Below, piece by piece: positions 24,877 to 36,955 of a stretch of 64,000 bases of DNA. The first letter of the stretch is position 1, and every line of letters begins with the position of its first letter. Where the stretch lies: the NCBI GenBank assembly GCA_964016885.1, contig OZ024743.1, positions 100,688,001 to 100,752,000 on the forward strand, read 5' to 3'. Under the pieces are notes generated by a model. It was not told where the DNA came from. It was given only the letters and a program-made list of their open reading frames with translations, and did no database searches. This stretch comes from Eledone cirrhosa (Eukaryota). Both the position numbers and the translations under genes were made by a program.

Positions 24877-24969
<93 letters not shown>

Positions 24970-24973
24970 AATG

Positions 24974-25008
<35 letters not shown>

Positions 25009-26193
25009 GTATGTATATATATAAATGTATGTGTATATATATATAAATGTATGTATATATATAAATGTATGTGTATATATATATAATGTATCTTCACACA
25101 CCTACACACATTTATGTATGTGTATGTGTAGGGATGCATTTAGCAAATTAGTTGGAAATCTGTCTAAATAAAGGAATAAAAATAGAACAGAGAAATAGTT
25201 TTTATAATTGTAAATAAAAAAAAAAGATATTATTGTGACAACATTTTTTTAAAACACAAACTGCCCATCAGTAGTTGACTAAATTTTCCTACAATTCAAT
25301 AATTTTCTCTCTTATAATTGTGGTTATAATAGCATCCAGATCCTTGTGATGGCAGGAAAGTTGAGGGAAGAAAAAATTGTATTTGAAAGTGAACCATAAA
25401 ACCAAGACATTCAGGGCCGGCCTTAAAATGTGCAAGACCTAATTAGGTGTTACATATATACTGCAATGTGTTATTGTGTGTAGTTGATGAGTTGAGAGTA
25501 AATTATGTGCTGAGTCGCCTTAGGCATAGGTCCCAATTGGTCCAATTAGCGGTAATTAGAGGCTCCCAGGTAGAATCAATGCTGCTTGGCACTGAGAAAG
25601 GCAGATTGAGCTTGCTTGGCATTCCTGGCTTAAAATTCCATCAGACTCCCAGTGGAAGCAAAACAATTAATTTGGATCCCCTTAAATGTTGAGGCCCCAT
25701 TCAGAACCCTACCATCACCACCACCACCATCAATTCACTACTCTTATCCAAGAGGACTATATTTCTTCCGTAATGCACAGGGAGGCAAAAGTTTGGAAAT
25801 GGTTACATTCCATTAGATCAAATTCAGTATTTGGACTTGTTTTATCGATTCACCCCACCCTGATTCACCATCAGAAGGATTAATTCTTCTGATACCAAAC
25901 TATCTGGAACCACCACTAATTCTATAATACAAAGTCGTTTGTTTCAAAGTGTTCATATTTATATTTAAACCTTCCATCATAATTTTATGAGAACATTTTG
26001 TAATGTCTCAAACACTAGCTTAAAATGAAAAGGGTATTATTTTACTAAATCTCATAAAATTCTTGATTATTTTCAAAATTAATTGAACATCACAGGCAAT
26101 GTTTTTTGTGGGAAAGACAGTAACAAAAGTGTTAAAGGCAAATTCAGCCACTTCAAGATTTCACCTCATAGTAAAGGAATATAGTTCAATATT

Positions 26194-26243
26194 TGTTTCT
26201 ACTTACCCAGTTCATTACTGGTACTTTATTTTATCGACCCCGT
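26194..26243 (-). mobile_element. 50-bp family-A SINE 3' fragment with 20-bp TSD
   Basis: AAGGAATATAGTTCAATATT at 26174-26193 and 26244-26263 flanks TGTTTCTACTTACCCAG..TACTGGTACTTTATTTTATCGACCCCGT. Confidence 0.88.
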
Positions 26244-26429
26244 AAGGAATATAGTTCAATATTACATGCTATTTTGACTTCAACTCTCCCATTCTGATGG
26301 TCCAAGACCCATAAATAAAATACCAGTCAAATACTGGGCTGAAGTAAATCAACTTACCCATCTCCCGCCAAATATGTGGACTTGTGTCTATGTTAGAAAA
26401 AATTATTATTATTACTACTTCTATTGAAG

Positions 26430-26655
26430 GCCCAAATGGATTAACAGAATTGTTACAGCAACGAACAAAATGCTTGGCAATATTTAGTGATGGCTCTTTA
26501 TATTCTGAGTTCAAATCCCACCGAGGTCACCATTGCCTTTCATCCTTCCGGGGTTGACAAAATAAAGTACCAACCAAGAACTGGGGTTGATATACTCAAC
26601 ATTCCCCTTGTCACAAATTGCTGGCCTTGTGCCTAAAACAGAAAAGAACATTATT
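26430..26655 (+). mobile_element. Older family-A-related SINE
   Basis: TTCTGAGTTCAAATCCCACCGAGGTCACCATTGCCTTTCATCCTTCCGGGGTTGACAAAATAAAGTACC..GCTGGCCTTGTGCCTAAA. Confidence 0.82.
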
Positions 26656-26671
26656 GATATTATCAGCAATA

Positions 26672-28215
26672 ATGCAGACGGCATCACCGTGATGGTGTCG
26701 AACACCTCAGAAATCGAGGTGGTCAGCACCTTATTGAAGGAATATGAAAGGTTGACAGGAGCCAAACTTAACCCGGACAAGTCGGTGGGCTTGCAGCTCG
26801 GAACCTGTCGTGGGGCGCTGGATGGATGGACCGGTAAAGTTGCTCGGGGTTTGGTTCGGACCAGACCTCCAGGTGGAAAAGAATTGGGACGAGGTAACGA
26901 GCAGAGTAGCCAGTCTCACCCAAAAATGGGCTGGGAGGAAGCTATCACTGAAAGGTCACGTGGAGGTGGCGAATGCGTCCATCGCGTCTGTCATCTACTA
27001 CCTCCTGACTGTCATGCCTTGCCCCCGTCCGCGCGTCGTCAAGTTGGAACGGCTCCTCTTCAAATTCTTGTGGAGGGGACAAGTTCCGTTGGTGAGACAG
27101 TCCATCTGCTGCCAGCACCCTCTACGTGGAGGGCTGGGTATGCCATGGCTAATGATGCGCAGACATGCATTGAGGCGGCGACATCTCCAGATATTCTGCC
27201 TAAACGGTGAACAGGTGTGGTCGCCGTTTATCAGACGGGCCTTTCCGCAGCTCATTTCTTTGACTGAGCTGCAGTCCTGGGTCAAGAGACTGGGTGACTA
27301 GCACCTGGAATGTTGCCAGGCACTCACTGCCCTCTACCAAGCGGGCAATGCAATCAGTGGAACTTCCACTCTCGAGTTCTATAGAGGATTAGTGGCGGGC
27401 AAGTGCGATGATGCACTTGGAGAAGCTTTGGGTCTCGACGAAGTCAAACTGACCAGTCTGTACCGGAGGACTTTTGAGCTGGGGCAATGGACAATTTCCA
27501 GAAATCCCTCGCTTGGCAGTGCTACCGGGGGGCACTGCCGGTTCGGGATAAACTCTACAGGCACAGAAGTGCTGTCAGACGGACCTGCCCAAGATGCGCA
27601 CAGAACGACGAAACCGTTCTGCATACACTTGTCCAATGTCCGTGCATTACTGACTTGTGGAGTTATGTCGAACAGCTACTGTCACGTGTGGAACGAATCT
27701 GGCTATCGGCCGAGTCCATAGTGAAGATCGAGCCGCCACCTTCCTTAGGTCAGGAAGAGCAGGAAATTTTCCTCTGTCTGGTGGCAGTTGCAAAAGAGAT
27801 TATATGGTGGACCAGGCTGAAAGGACTAAAGACAGACACTTTTCTCTTCGGCCAATCCCTCATCAACTTCTTCAAGTTTCACCTGGAAAGGAGGGTGAGG
27901 GTGGAGAGAGAAGTGCTGCCCCCCAGTACATGTGCTAAAAGGTGGGTGAATGTGGCGAGAATGGCTCGTGTGAATGGGCCTACTCTGACCATGCGCCTAT
28001 AGGCTGGCTAACTTGAGGAGAGGGGTGCTATTGGGGAATTTATTTTGTTATATTTATGCATAGTTTATTTTATATTTTTATATTTTCATTGTTAAATTAG
28101 TCTTGCCATTGTGCACTTTTACTCGACCTTATTGTAAACCCCCACTGTCCCTGTCTTTGTATTGTCCCCTACATGTCGGCCCTTGTGGTTAATAAATTAA
28201 ATCATTATTATTATT
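26672..28215 (+). mobile_element. 5'-truncated Tx1/L1-clade LINE (RT C-terminal half and zf-RVT), frameshifted
   Basis: (Y)ADGITVMVS..EYERLTGAKLNPDKS; KLLGVWFG; LSLKGHVEVAN; RGGLG; CPRCAQNDETVLHTLVQC zinc finger; AATAAA and (ATT)n tail near 28190-28215. Confidence 0.92.
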
Positions 28216-29127
28216 GTTAATTCTTTGTTTTCTTTGTAGCTTTATTACAAGTAATTTATATATTTATTTAGTATCTATTTATCTCCTAACAGACTTTAAA
28301 ACTACGAGTTGGGATGGGTTGAATAAATTAAAGGAATTCCACTTAATTCTTTGTGTGTATGTGTGTGTTTGTGTGTGTGCATGCGTACAGGTATGTGTGT
28401 GTGTGTGTGTGAGTGTGTGTGTGTGTGTGGCGTGTGTGTGTGTGTGAGTGTGTGCGTGCGTTTAAATTTTATTTTTTTAAATATGAAACCAAAAGAAATT
28501 GTTTCGAGGACTTTAAAAGCCAAAATGTTATTTACAGAAATTTAGTGAAATTAGAAGACATTCAAAAGAAAAATCTTGTTGAGAATAAATTGGGAAATTA
28601 TGGTGGATATGAATGAGAATAATAATAAACGGGACATACTCATATACACAACACATACACATGCAACATGCAAATATGCAAACATACACACACACACACA
28701 TAAACTCCCACGCGCATACATTCATATAGCATATTTATGCATGAAAACACTATACAATATATATTTATAATATATATACATGTTTATATATATACAATAC
28801 ATATATATACAATATATATGTACAATATATATCTATATCTATATATAATATATATACAATACATATATATGTACAATATATATATTTATATATGATATAC
28901 AATATATATATGTACAATATATATATACAATATATATATGTACACTATAATTAATTTCAATTATATATGTACACTATATATATTTATAATATATATATAT
29001 ATATATACAATATATATATGTACAATATATATATATATACTCTATTTAGGTTTAATCGATATATATAAAATATATATCGATTATGTTTCTCAGTAAAAAA
29101 GCTCCATGAACATTATTTCAGAGCATC

Positions 29128-29220
<93 letters not shown>

Positions 29221-29223
<3 letters not shown>

Positions 29224-29484
29224 AGTATATATTAAGTGAGAAACTACTGGTATTTTGTACACAGCAATTAATATGTGAGTAAATATATTTACTTCTTCTT
29301 TATGAAGAGATCGGCTTAATACATCGAGTGTGTGGTCGGGGATTGACAAAAATTTCGTTATAACGGAATTTTACATGTATATTATAGACTATGTTATTAT
29401 ATTGAAGTAAATATATTTACTTAAATATTAATTGTTGTGTATATATGTAGAAAATACTAGTAGTTTCTCAATTGATATATACTG

Positions 29485-29487
<3 letters not shown>
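29221..29487. mobile_element. Imperfect fold-back (MITE-like) element between (TA)n runs
   Basis: GTATATATTAAGTGAGAAACTACTGGTATTTT..AATTAATAT..AGTAAATATATTTACTTC at left is mirrored by GAAGTAAATATATTTACT..ATATTAATT..AAAATACTAGTAGTTTCTCAATTGATATATAC at right (~75-bp arms). Confidence 0.75.
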
Positions 29488-29522
<35 letters not shown>

Positions 29523-29529
<7 letters not shown>

Positions 29530-29972
29530 AAGTTAAATAAAAAGTCAAATGATTAAAATTTAGCTTCGTTTATTACTGCTATATATATTTCAGTGACAGC
29601 CATCTTTGGCTGTGACCTCTTCAGGCAGTTTGAATTAGTATGGTATAGACAAGTACATATGTTGTTGAGGTGTATAATATTGTCAATACTCTGATATGCC
29701 CAGTTCCTGGTTGGGTTGTTATTTCACTGAGGAACTGGAATCATATCTGATATGATTCCAGTTCCTCAGTGAAATAACAACCCAACCAGGAACTGGGCAT
29801 ATCAGAGTATTGACAATATTATACACCTCAACAACATATGTACTTGTCTATACCATACTAATTCAAACTGCCTGAAGAGGTCACAGCCAAAGATGGCTGT
29901 CACTGAAATATATATAGCAGTAATAAACGAAGCTAAATTTTAATCATTTGACTTTTATTTAACTTTATTTTA
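29523..29972. repeat. Near-perfect ~450-bp palindrome (225/224-bp arms, 1-nt spacer at 29748); probable inverted Penelope-type pLTR
   Basis: Centre GGAATCATATC-T-GATATGATTCC. The arms are reverse complements except for one A/T-run indel near the outer ends. Confidence 0.96.
29867..29921 (+). ncRNA. Type I hammerhead ribozyme motif (mirror copy on the minus strand at 29575-29629)
   Basis: Stem I ACUGC/GCAGU; core CUGAAGA; stem II ACAGCCA-AAGA-UGGCUGU; GAAA; minimal palindromic stem III UAUAUAUA with predicted cleavage after A29916; AATAAA follows at 29922. Confidence 0.82.
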
Positions 29973-30087
29973 CACTACTCCGGAGTAACCAAACCAACCT
30001 GCGCACTTCGTCGAGTGCTCCAGCCTGCATACTGAGGTGTTGGTATACAACCAACATAAACTCAAAATCTCTCTCTCTCTCTCTTTC

Positions 30088-30118
<31 letters not shown>

Positions 30119-30419
30119 TTATATTCAAAATTGGATAGAGACACAAGTGTGTATATATGTCTACAGTTGTGAAAGTATTTTAAAAAATGACTATATAGTT
30201 GTTAGTAACTGCCTCCAGTTATCTTCAGCCAACCCATCTAAAAATGTAGAGTGATATATGCATAAACCCAACTTGTATATATGTATATATGTATGTATAT
30301 ATGTATGTATATATGCATGTGTGTATGTATATATGTATATATGTATGTAGGTATATATGTATGTATGTATGTATATATGTATGTATATATGTATATATGT
30401 ATGTATGTAGGTATATATG

Positions 30420-30451
<32 letters not shown>

Positions 30452-30754
30452 TATGCATATATGTATGTAGGTATATATGTATGTATGTATATATGTATGT
30501 ATGTATGCCCTTTCACAGGTGTATGTCATTTAACAGCAGCCATATCCATGTCGGGACATCTTATTGGCCCCAGAAGATATTTTAGACTTTATTTGATCAA
30601 TCTCTTCTTGTTGAACCGCTAAGTTATCGGACAAAAAGGGACGCAACAAATGCAATGCCTGATTTTAGACAACTGTAAAGATAAAAAAACAGACACACAT
30701 ACACACATACATCATCATGATATATATATATGTGTGTGTATATACATACACACA

Positions 30755-30806
30755 CATCATCATCATCATCATCATCACTTTACGTCCACTTTTCCCTGCT
30801 TGCATG
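30755..30806 (-). mobile_element. Extreme 3' tip of the RTE family ((CAT)n tail plus ~30 bp)
   Basis: (CAT)n-CACTTTACGTCCACTTTTCCCTGCTTGCATG matches 17120-17170. Confidence 0.8.
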
Positions 30807-30830
30807 TATATATATATATATATATATATA

Positions 30831-31084
30831 GATCGTGTAGGTGTCACGACAAAACACAGAGTCCACGCTGTAATGTGGCCGTGTAGGTAACATGGTAAAA
30901 AGTTCCCAGCTCCACACTGTAAATGTGGTTGGTGTTAGGAAGGGCATCCAGCCGTAGAAAACCTGCCAGATAGTCCTATATGAGCGAGACACGCTCACCC
31001 GACCAACCTTGACTCAAGTGGGACAACTCCCGCCTAACCCATGCTAGCGTGGAAAATGGACGTTAAACGAAGATGATGATGATG

Positions 31085-31086
<2 letters not shown>
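30831..31086 (+). mobile_element. RTE 3' UTR-only copy with (GAT)n tail, inserted in (TA)n
   Basis: Reverse complement of ~17120-17375 (GATCGTGTAGGTGTCACGAC..TTAGGAAGGGCATCCAGCCGTAGAAAACCTGCC..GGACGTTAAACG); TA runs on both sides. Confidence 0.9.
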
Positions 31087-31124
<38 letters not shown>

Positions 31125-31135
31125 ATATATATATA

Positions 31136-31323
<188 letters not shown>

Positions 31324-31343
31324 TGTATATATATATATATATA

Positions 31344-31383
<40 letters not shown>

Positions 31384-31599
31384 TGTATGTACATATATCC
31401 ATCTAAGAAATCCCTTCCCAAGGAGTCAGCCCCCCCACAGCTACATGTGCAGTTGGTTAGAACCCAGAACCACGTGAAGCAGTCATATATTTGTATAAGT
31501 TATAATATTAAATACATTTACATACATACACACTTGCACACATACATACTTATATACATATACCTACCTACATACACACACACACACACATACACACAC

Positions 31600-31672
<73 letters not shown>

Positions 31673-31791
31673 CATATATATACACACATGCCTACAGACA
31701 TTAAACATATGTGAATCTGATATCTATGAATACATATATGTATGTACTTTTGACTGGAATAATAATTAATCATAATCTATGTAAATATATA

Positions 31792-31863
<72 letters not shown>

Positions 31864-31926
31864 TACACATATACACATATATATATATTTATATATATAT
31901 ATTCATATGACTATAATCAATAATGA

Positions 31927-32126
31927 TTAGGACATTTGCAAGTGATATTTCTGGCATTGGTTATTCCAATTTGGTTGATGTCCATTGCTTGGGTGGTACC
32001 GACAGTCTCCGTTACCAACAGTTTGAGAATTCCCGGGTGACAATGAAATTTCCGACAAGCCAGAAGTTCCTAGAGACTCCTTGTTGTTCTGGGACTTTAA
32101 TGGAGGCATCTGCTTCTGGTTATAGC
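31927..32126 (-). CDS. Candidate terminal coding exon, possibly of the TNFRSF16-like gene
   Basis: Polypyrimidine tract and acceptor TTTTCCTTCTTATAG|G; phase 1, matching the donor at 37284; 66 open codons ([16 protein letters not shown]) of non-repetitive sequence. No recognised homology. Confidence 0.4.
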
Positions 32127-32799
32127 CTATAAGAAGGAAAATATAAAAAATAGTGGGTGAGGAAATGATTAAACTGGTTCAGTACATCTTTATAAATATT
32201 TATACAAGGAGACCATTTAATTCAGAAGGTTGACTAGACTGAAGACACGGGGCCCATTATGAACTTAGAGAATCTATTTTTTTTCTGTGGTGAGTCAAAA
32301 GATTAATGTGTCAAGGAGTGCCAGAAAAACGTGAAAGCCTAGGAGCCAGTCATAGGTTAATGTGGCCCTATATATATATAAACTTGCATAAGGGCCATAT
32401 TATAGATAAGGGACTCAGCAGGGACTAGGGTCTGTCATTTTTTTTATTTTGCAGTAATAGTAAGATGGAAGATTGAAATGCCCGAGAGGATCTGAAATAC
32501 ATGAAAGCATCAGGGACTGTCCATGAGTTAATATGGCCCCAGATATATAGATAAAAGAGGTTACTTGGTGAGCTAAGGATGGATATCTCTCTATAATATC
32601 ATAATAACGACATGAAAAAAAGGGGAGGGAGCAACTGTAGACTCTTGGTTAGGCAGAATATGTCACCTGTACCCTATAAGATGGTGAAAGGATTGCTGCA
32701 GAGAACAGCCAGCAGTACTCACTGCATCAGTCATTTCACTTCATCCCAGTTTAACAGAGGGAAATGGTTGTCTGAAGGTTAAGGACACTGGAGGTCTCA

Positions 32800-33030
32800 A
32801 TCATCATTCATCATCATCATCATTTCATTTTACGTCTGCTTTTCCCTGCTTGCAAGGGTGGGACGGGAACTGATATTCTGGCTTGATTTCTACAGCTGGA
32901 TGCCCCTCCTAACACCAACCTTATTTACAGTGAGTGCTGGGTGCTTTTTTTCTGTGGCGCCTACACATCCAATTTACAGTGTGGGCTGGGTGCTTTTTTG
33001 CTGTGGCACCTCCACGACCACTCTACAGTG
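32800..33030 (-). mobile_element. Diverged RTE 3' UTR copy
   Basis: (CAT)n..TTTACGTCTGCTTTTCCCTGCTTGCA..CTACAGCTGGATGCCCCTCCTAACACCAACC. Confidence 0.75.
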
Positions 33031-33049
33031 GAATGATATGGACCTCAGT

Positions 33050-33200
33050 CCCTATCATCTCATTTCTACAGCTGAGTAAACTGGAGCAATGTGAAATAAA
33101 GTGTCTTGCTCAAGGAAACAACACATCACCCGGTCTGAGAATTGAACTGACAACCTTTCGATTGCAAGGCCAATGCTCTAACCACTAAGCCATGTGCCTC
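33050..33200 (-). mobile_element. Family-B SINE 5' half
   Basis: CAGCTGAGTAAACTGGAGCAATGTGAAATAAAGTGTCTTGCTCAAGGA..GAATTGAACT..CTAACCACTAAGCCATGTGCCT (tRNA head on the minus strand). Confidence 0.8.
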
Positions 33201-34115
33201 AATGGCAACACAAAAAGGAATCAGACAATGCCTGGTATTTTAGTTATCATTTTTTATGACAGCAGCACTATCACTTCACAGAGTAGACTGGGTACATAAA
33301 TATATATATAAAATAGATTACTTGCTGAGCTAATAACGTATTTTTTTCCATGGTCTTACTCTTCTATTATATTCTATTCACATCTAAGATATTTTATAGG
33401 AAAGTAAACTTGTCCTAGTAATTGACTAATACTTTATTTTATCACTCTATGAGGTATGAAAGTTGATCCTCTGATCAGATCAAACAAACTACATTTCCAC
33501 AGTTTTTTCCATTGTTGATATTGTCTGTTAGTCATAACTCCTAACAGAAGCATCACTGCTTCCAGTGACAAGAAGTGAAATTTGAACTCAGAATATACAG
33601 AATGGAACAGATACTGCAACACATTTGATGCATTGACAATTCTGTCAATCTTCTGTCAATTTTCTGCCTTGAAAAGATGAAAGGCAGTGTTGATCTTGAC
33701 AGGATTTGAATTCAAAGTGCAGAGAGAGCTGGAATAAATATCAAAGTGTTTAATCCAACACTAATGATTTTGCTAATTTGCTACCTATGAAAGGCAAACA
33801 TGAACTTAGTGGGCTTTGAACTGAAGGCTTGCTAAATTTCCTTTCAAATTATACCCTATCATCTTGAAAAGAGAGGAACATAAAACTATTTCTATTCAAG
33901 ATTAAATTTCTCACTACATTGATTACTACTATTATATAACACAAGGGGCTCCTATTTAATTGCACAACCTGCTAGAAATACCAACCAGATATCCTTCAAA
34001 TGACACCCTACTGTCTTAAAAAAGGAGAATGTAGTCCTACACAGGCTGAATCTAAAAACAAGACAGACATTTCAGTATATACTCTAAACCTAAAAACAGG
34101 GCAGCCACATAAGAT

Positions 34116-34259
34116 AATTGTTTCAACTTTTGGCACAAGGCCAGCAATTACCCAGAACATTACTGGTACTTTATTTTATCGACCCCGTAAGGATGAAAGT
34201 CAAAGTTAACCTCGGTGGGATTTGAACTCCCACCGTAACGAGACGTAACTATGCTGGAA
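34116..34259 (-). mobile_element. 5'-truncated family-A SINE with 13-bp TSD
   Basis: AGCCACATAAGAT at 34103-34115 and 34260-34272. Confidence 0.9.
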
Positions 34260-34489
34260 AGCCACATAAGATGATGTAGTTCTACATACACTGAGTCTAA
34301 AAATCAAAACAAAGAAAATACTACAATGATTATGGCTGGAATGGTCAACTTGTGATTGCATGTAGCTTAGTAGTTAGGGTGTTTGACTAATGATGGTAAG
34401 ATTGGGGTTTGATTCCCAGCAGTACATTGTGTCCTTGAACAAGGCACTTTATTTTATGTTGCTTCAGTACACTAAAAAAAGGAAGAGTG

Positions 34490-34850
34490 GTGGATTAGCA
34501 GAATTGGTAGAATGTTGGATAAAATGATATTGAGGTATTTATTCTGATACCTTACATTCTGAGTTCAAATCTCTCTAAGATCAATTATACCTTTCATTTT
34601 CCCAGAGTCAATAATATAAAGTACCAGTCTAAAGTACCGACCTAAAGTACCAATATAGAGTACCAACCTAAAGTACCAACCTAAAGTACCAGTCTAGAGC
34701 ACCAGTCTAAAGTACCAGTCTAGAGCACCAGTCTAAAGTACCAGTCTAGAGTACCAGTCTAAAGTGCCAGTCTAGAGTACCATGAGATTGAGTTCATCAA
34801 ATTTGATCTTCTCCCAAATTAGCTGGGCTTCTGGCCAAATTGGAAATCAA
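34490..34850 (+). mobile_element. Family-A-related SINE containing an internal 13-bp tandem expansion (~34618-34782)
   Basis: GGATTAGCAGAATTGG..TTCTGAGTTCAAATC..ATAAAGTACCAGT, then ~12 copies of CTA(A/G)AGTACCAGT, then the SINE 3' part. Confidence 0.78.
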
Positions 34851-34873
34851 TGTGAAGTTTGCTTAATTACAAC

Positions 34874-35280
34874 TGACTTTAATTAGGATTGACCTTAATT
34901 AGGCCTGACCTTAATTAGGACTGACCTTAATTAGGATTGACCTTAATTAGGATTGGCCTTAATTAGGCCTGACCTTAATTAGGACTGATCTTAATTAGGA
35001 CTGGCCTTAATTAGGCTTGACCTTAATTAGGACTGATATTAATTAGGACTGACCTTAAATATATACTGACCTTAATTAGGATTGATCTTAATTAGGCCTG
35101 ACTTTAATTAGGAATGATCTTAATTAGGACTGACCTTAAATAGGACTGACCTTAATTAGGCCTGACCTTAATTATGACTGACCTTAATTAGGAGTGATCT
35201 CAATTAGGCCCAAACCTTAATTAGGCCTGACCTTAATTAGGACTGACCTTAATTAGGCCTGACCTTAATTAGGACTGACC
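34874..35280. repeat. 16-bp minisatellite TGACCTTAATTAGG(A/C)(C/T), ~25 copies
   Basis: Directly visible tandem array. Confidence 0.95.
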
Positions 35281-35831
35281 TAACAATAACAAAAAAATCA
35301 TGTCTTGAATCAGGTTTAATTATTTAAATATTTATATAAAATGTTTTTTCTTGTGTTTTGCTTTTGAAGTCGTTGCCAATGGTTACACCTCCATTTACTT
35401 AATTCTAATTACACATTCTTCAACTATTCTTCTGTCTTGAACAATGAGGAAAATAAATTACTAAGAGCATTTATATGGTCACTCTACTTGCTAGAAATAA
35501 CAGCCAAACCTCACTCAAATCATACCCTTCCATCTTGAATAAACAAGACACATTGCACATAGTATAATGTAATCATAAATACCCACTGCCTGCAAAAAGA
35601 TCGAATGGGGCTACTTGACCTGCTAGAAATAGCAACCAAATCTCTCTCAAATCATATCATTCCATTTGAAAAACACAGAAGACCCATTGCATAATGTAGT
35701 ACTGGATGAAATGCCATGGCTGGAAAGCCTTTGATCATAGGTGTACTCAATCAATGTTGATCTGAAGTTAAATCACTATCACCACCTACACCATCATGAC
35801 AACAGCAACAACAAAAATAACTTGGATTTAA

Positions 35832-36114
35832 CCCTTTAGCATTTAAACCGGCTGTATCTGGCCAGAATTCTATCACCTCTTTCTGTTCAAACCAGCTGTA
35901 ACTCATACTGATGTTAACGTATTGTTCTCAAAATAAATAATTGTTTCTACTTTTGGCACAAGGCCAGCAATTACCCCAGTGTATTACTGGTGCTTTATTT
36001 TATTGATCACGTAAGGATGAAAGGTGAAGTTAACCCCAGCAAGATATTATGTGAGGTAAAGCCTTTACCTGCAAAATACAATAGCAAATATAGAGTAGTA
36101 CAAATGCTAAAGGG
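35832..36114. mobile_element. piggyBac-type MITE with a nested truncated SINE (~35940-36040)
   Basis: TTAA|CCCTTTAGCATTT ... AAATGCTAAAGGG|TTAA (TTAA TSD, CCC/GGG termini). Confidence 0.85.
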
Positions 36115-36619
36115 TTAAACTAAATATTTTAACATGTCTGCCTTAGCAGAGAATTGAGTCAATAGAACATTGGTATTTGTTTTGACTCTCTGTATTCTGA
36201 TTTCAAATCCCATCCAGATCAACTTTGCCTTCCTTTCAAGATCGATAATGAGCAGTGGATCGGAGTAAATGTTATAAAGGATGCTCTGTGGTAATTTGGG
36301 TGTGTATATTCTGAGTTTAAATTCCACCTTCTGCCAGGAGCTATGACCAGAAGATGGTATCAGCATGCAAACATGCATACACACACTCACTCACACACAC
36401 ACTCACACACATATGATGGGCTTCCACATAGTCTGACTACCAAATTCACTCACAAGCATTGGTCAACCCAAGGCTATGGAAGAAGACACTTACCCAAGGT
36501 GATGGGACTGAACCCAAAATCACACAGCCATGCCTGCACCTATACTATAGAAGAGCAATAGGGGACTAAGATAACAACAAAAATATAAAAATAAATAAAC
36601 AATAAGGTAATAAATGGAA

Positions 36620-36955
36620 GAATGGGTCTTTGTTGGTTTCAACAGAGGGGGTTCCAGTCATTTGATCAACAGAACTTTTCATGAAATTAAAGTGGCTGAG
36701 CATTCTATTGATATATGTAACGTTAACATAATTCTCAGGGAGATTCAGCATGGCACAGTGTGTGACAAGAGAGGCCCTTTTAATTACAGACACAGTCAAG
36801 CTGACAGACTTCCATACAGTTTCTGTTTACCCAGTTTCACTAATAAAAGCAGTAAAAGACATTTTCCCCCTAAGATGCCATCCAGTGGGATTGAACCCAA
36901 AATTTAATGATTGCAAAGCAAACATTTTAACTATTTGGCCATGCTGCATCCACAA
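36620..36955 (-). mobile_element. Family-B SINE
   Basis: Shares internal blocks with 41460-41763 and 21310-21600. Confidence 0.72.
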
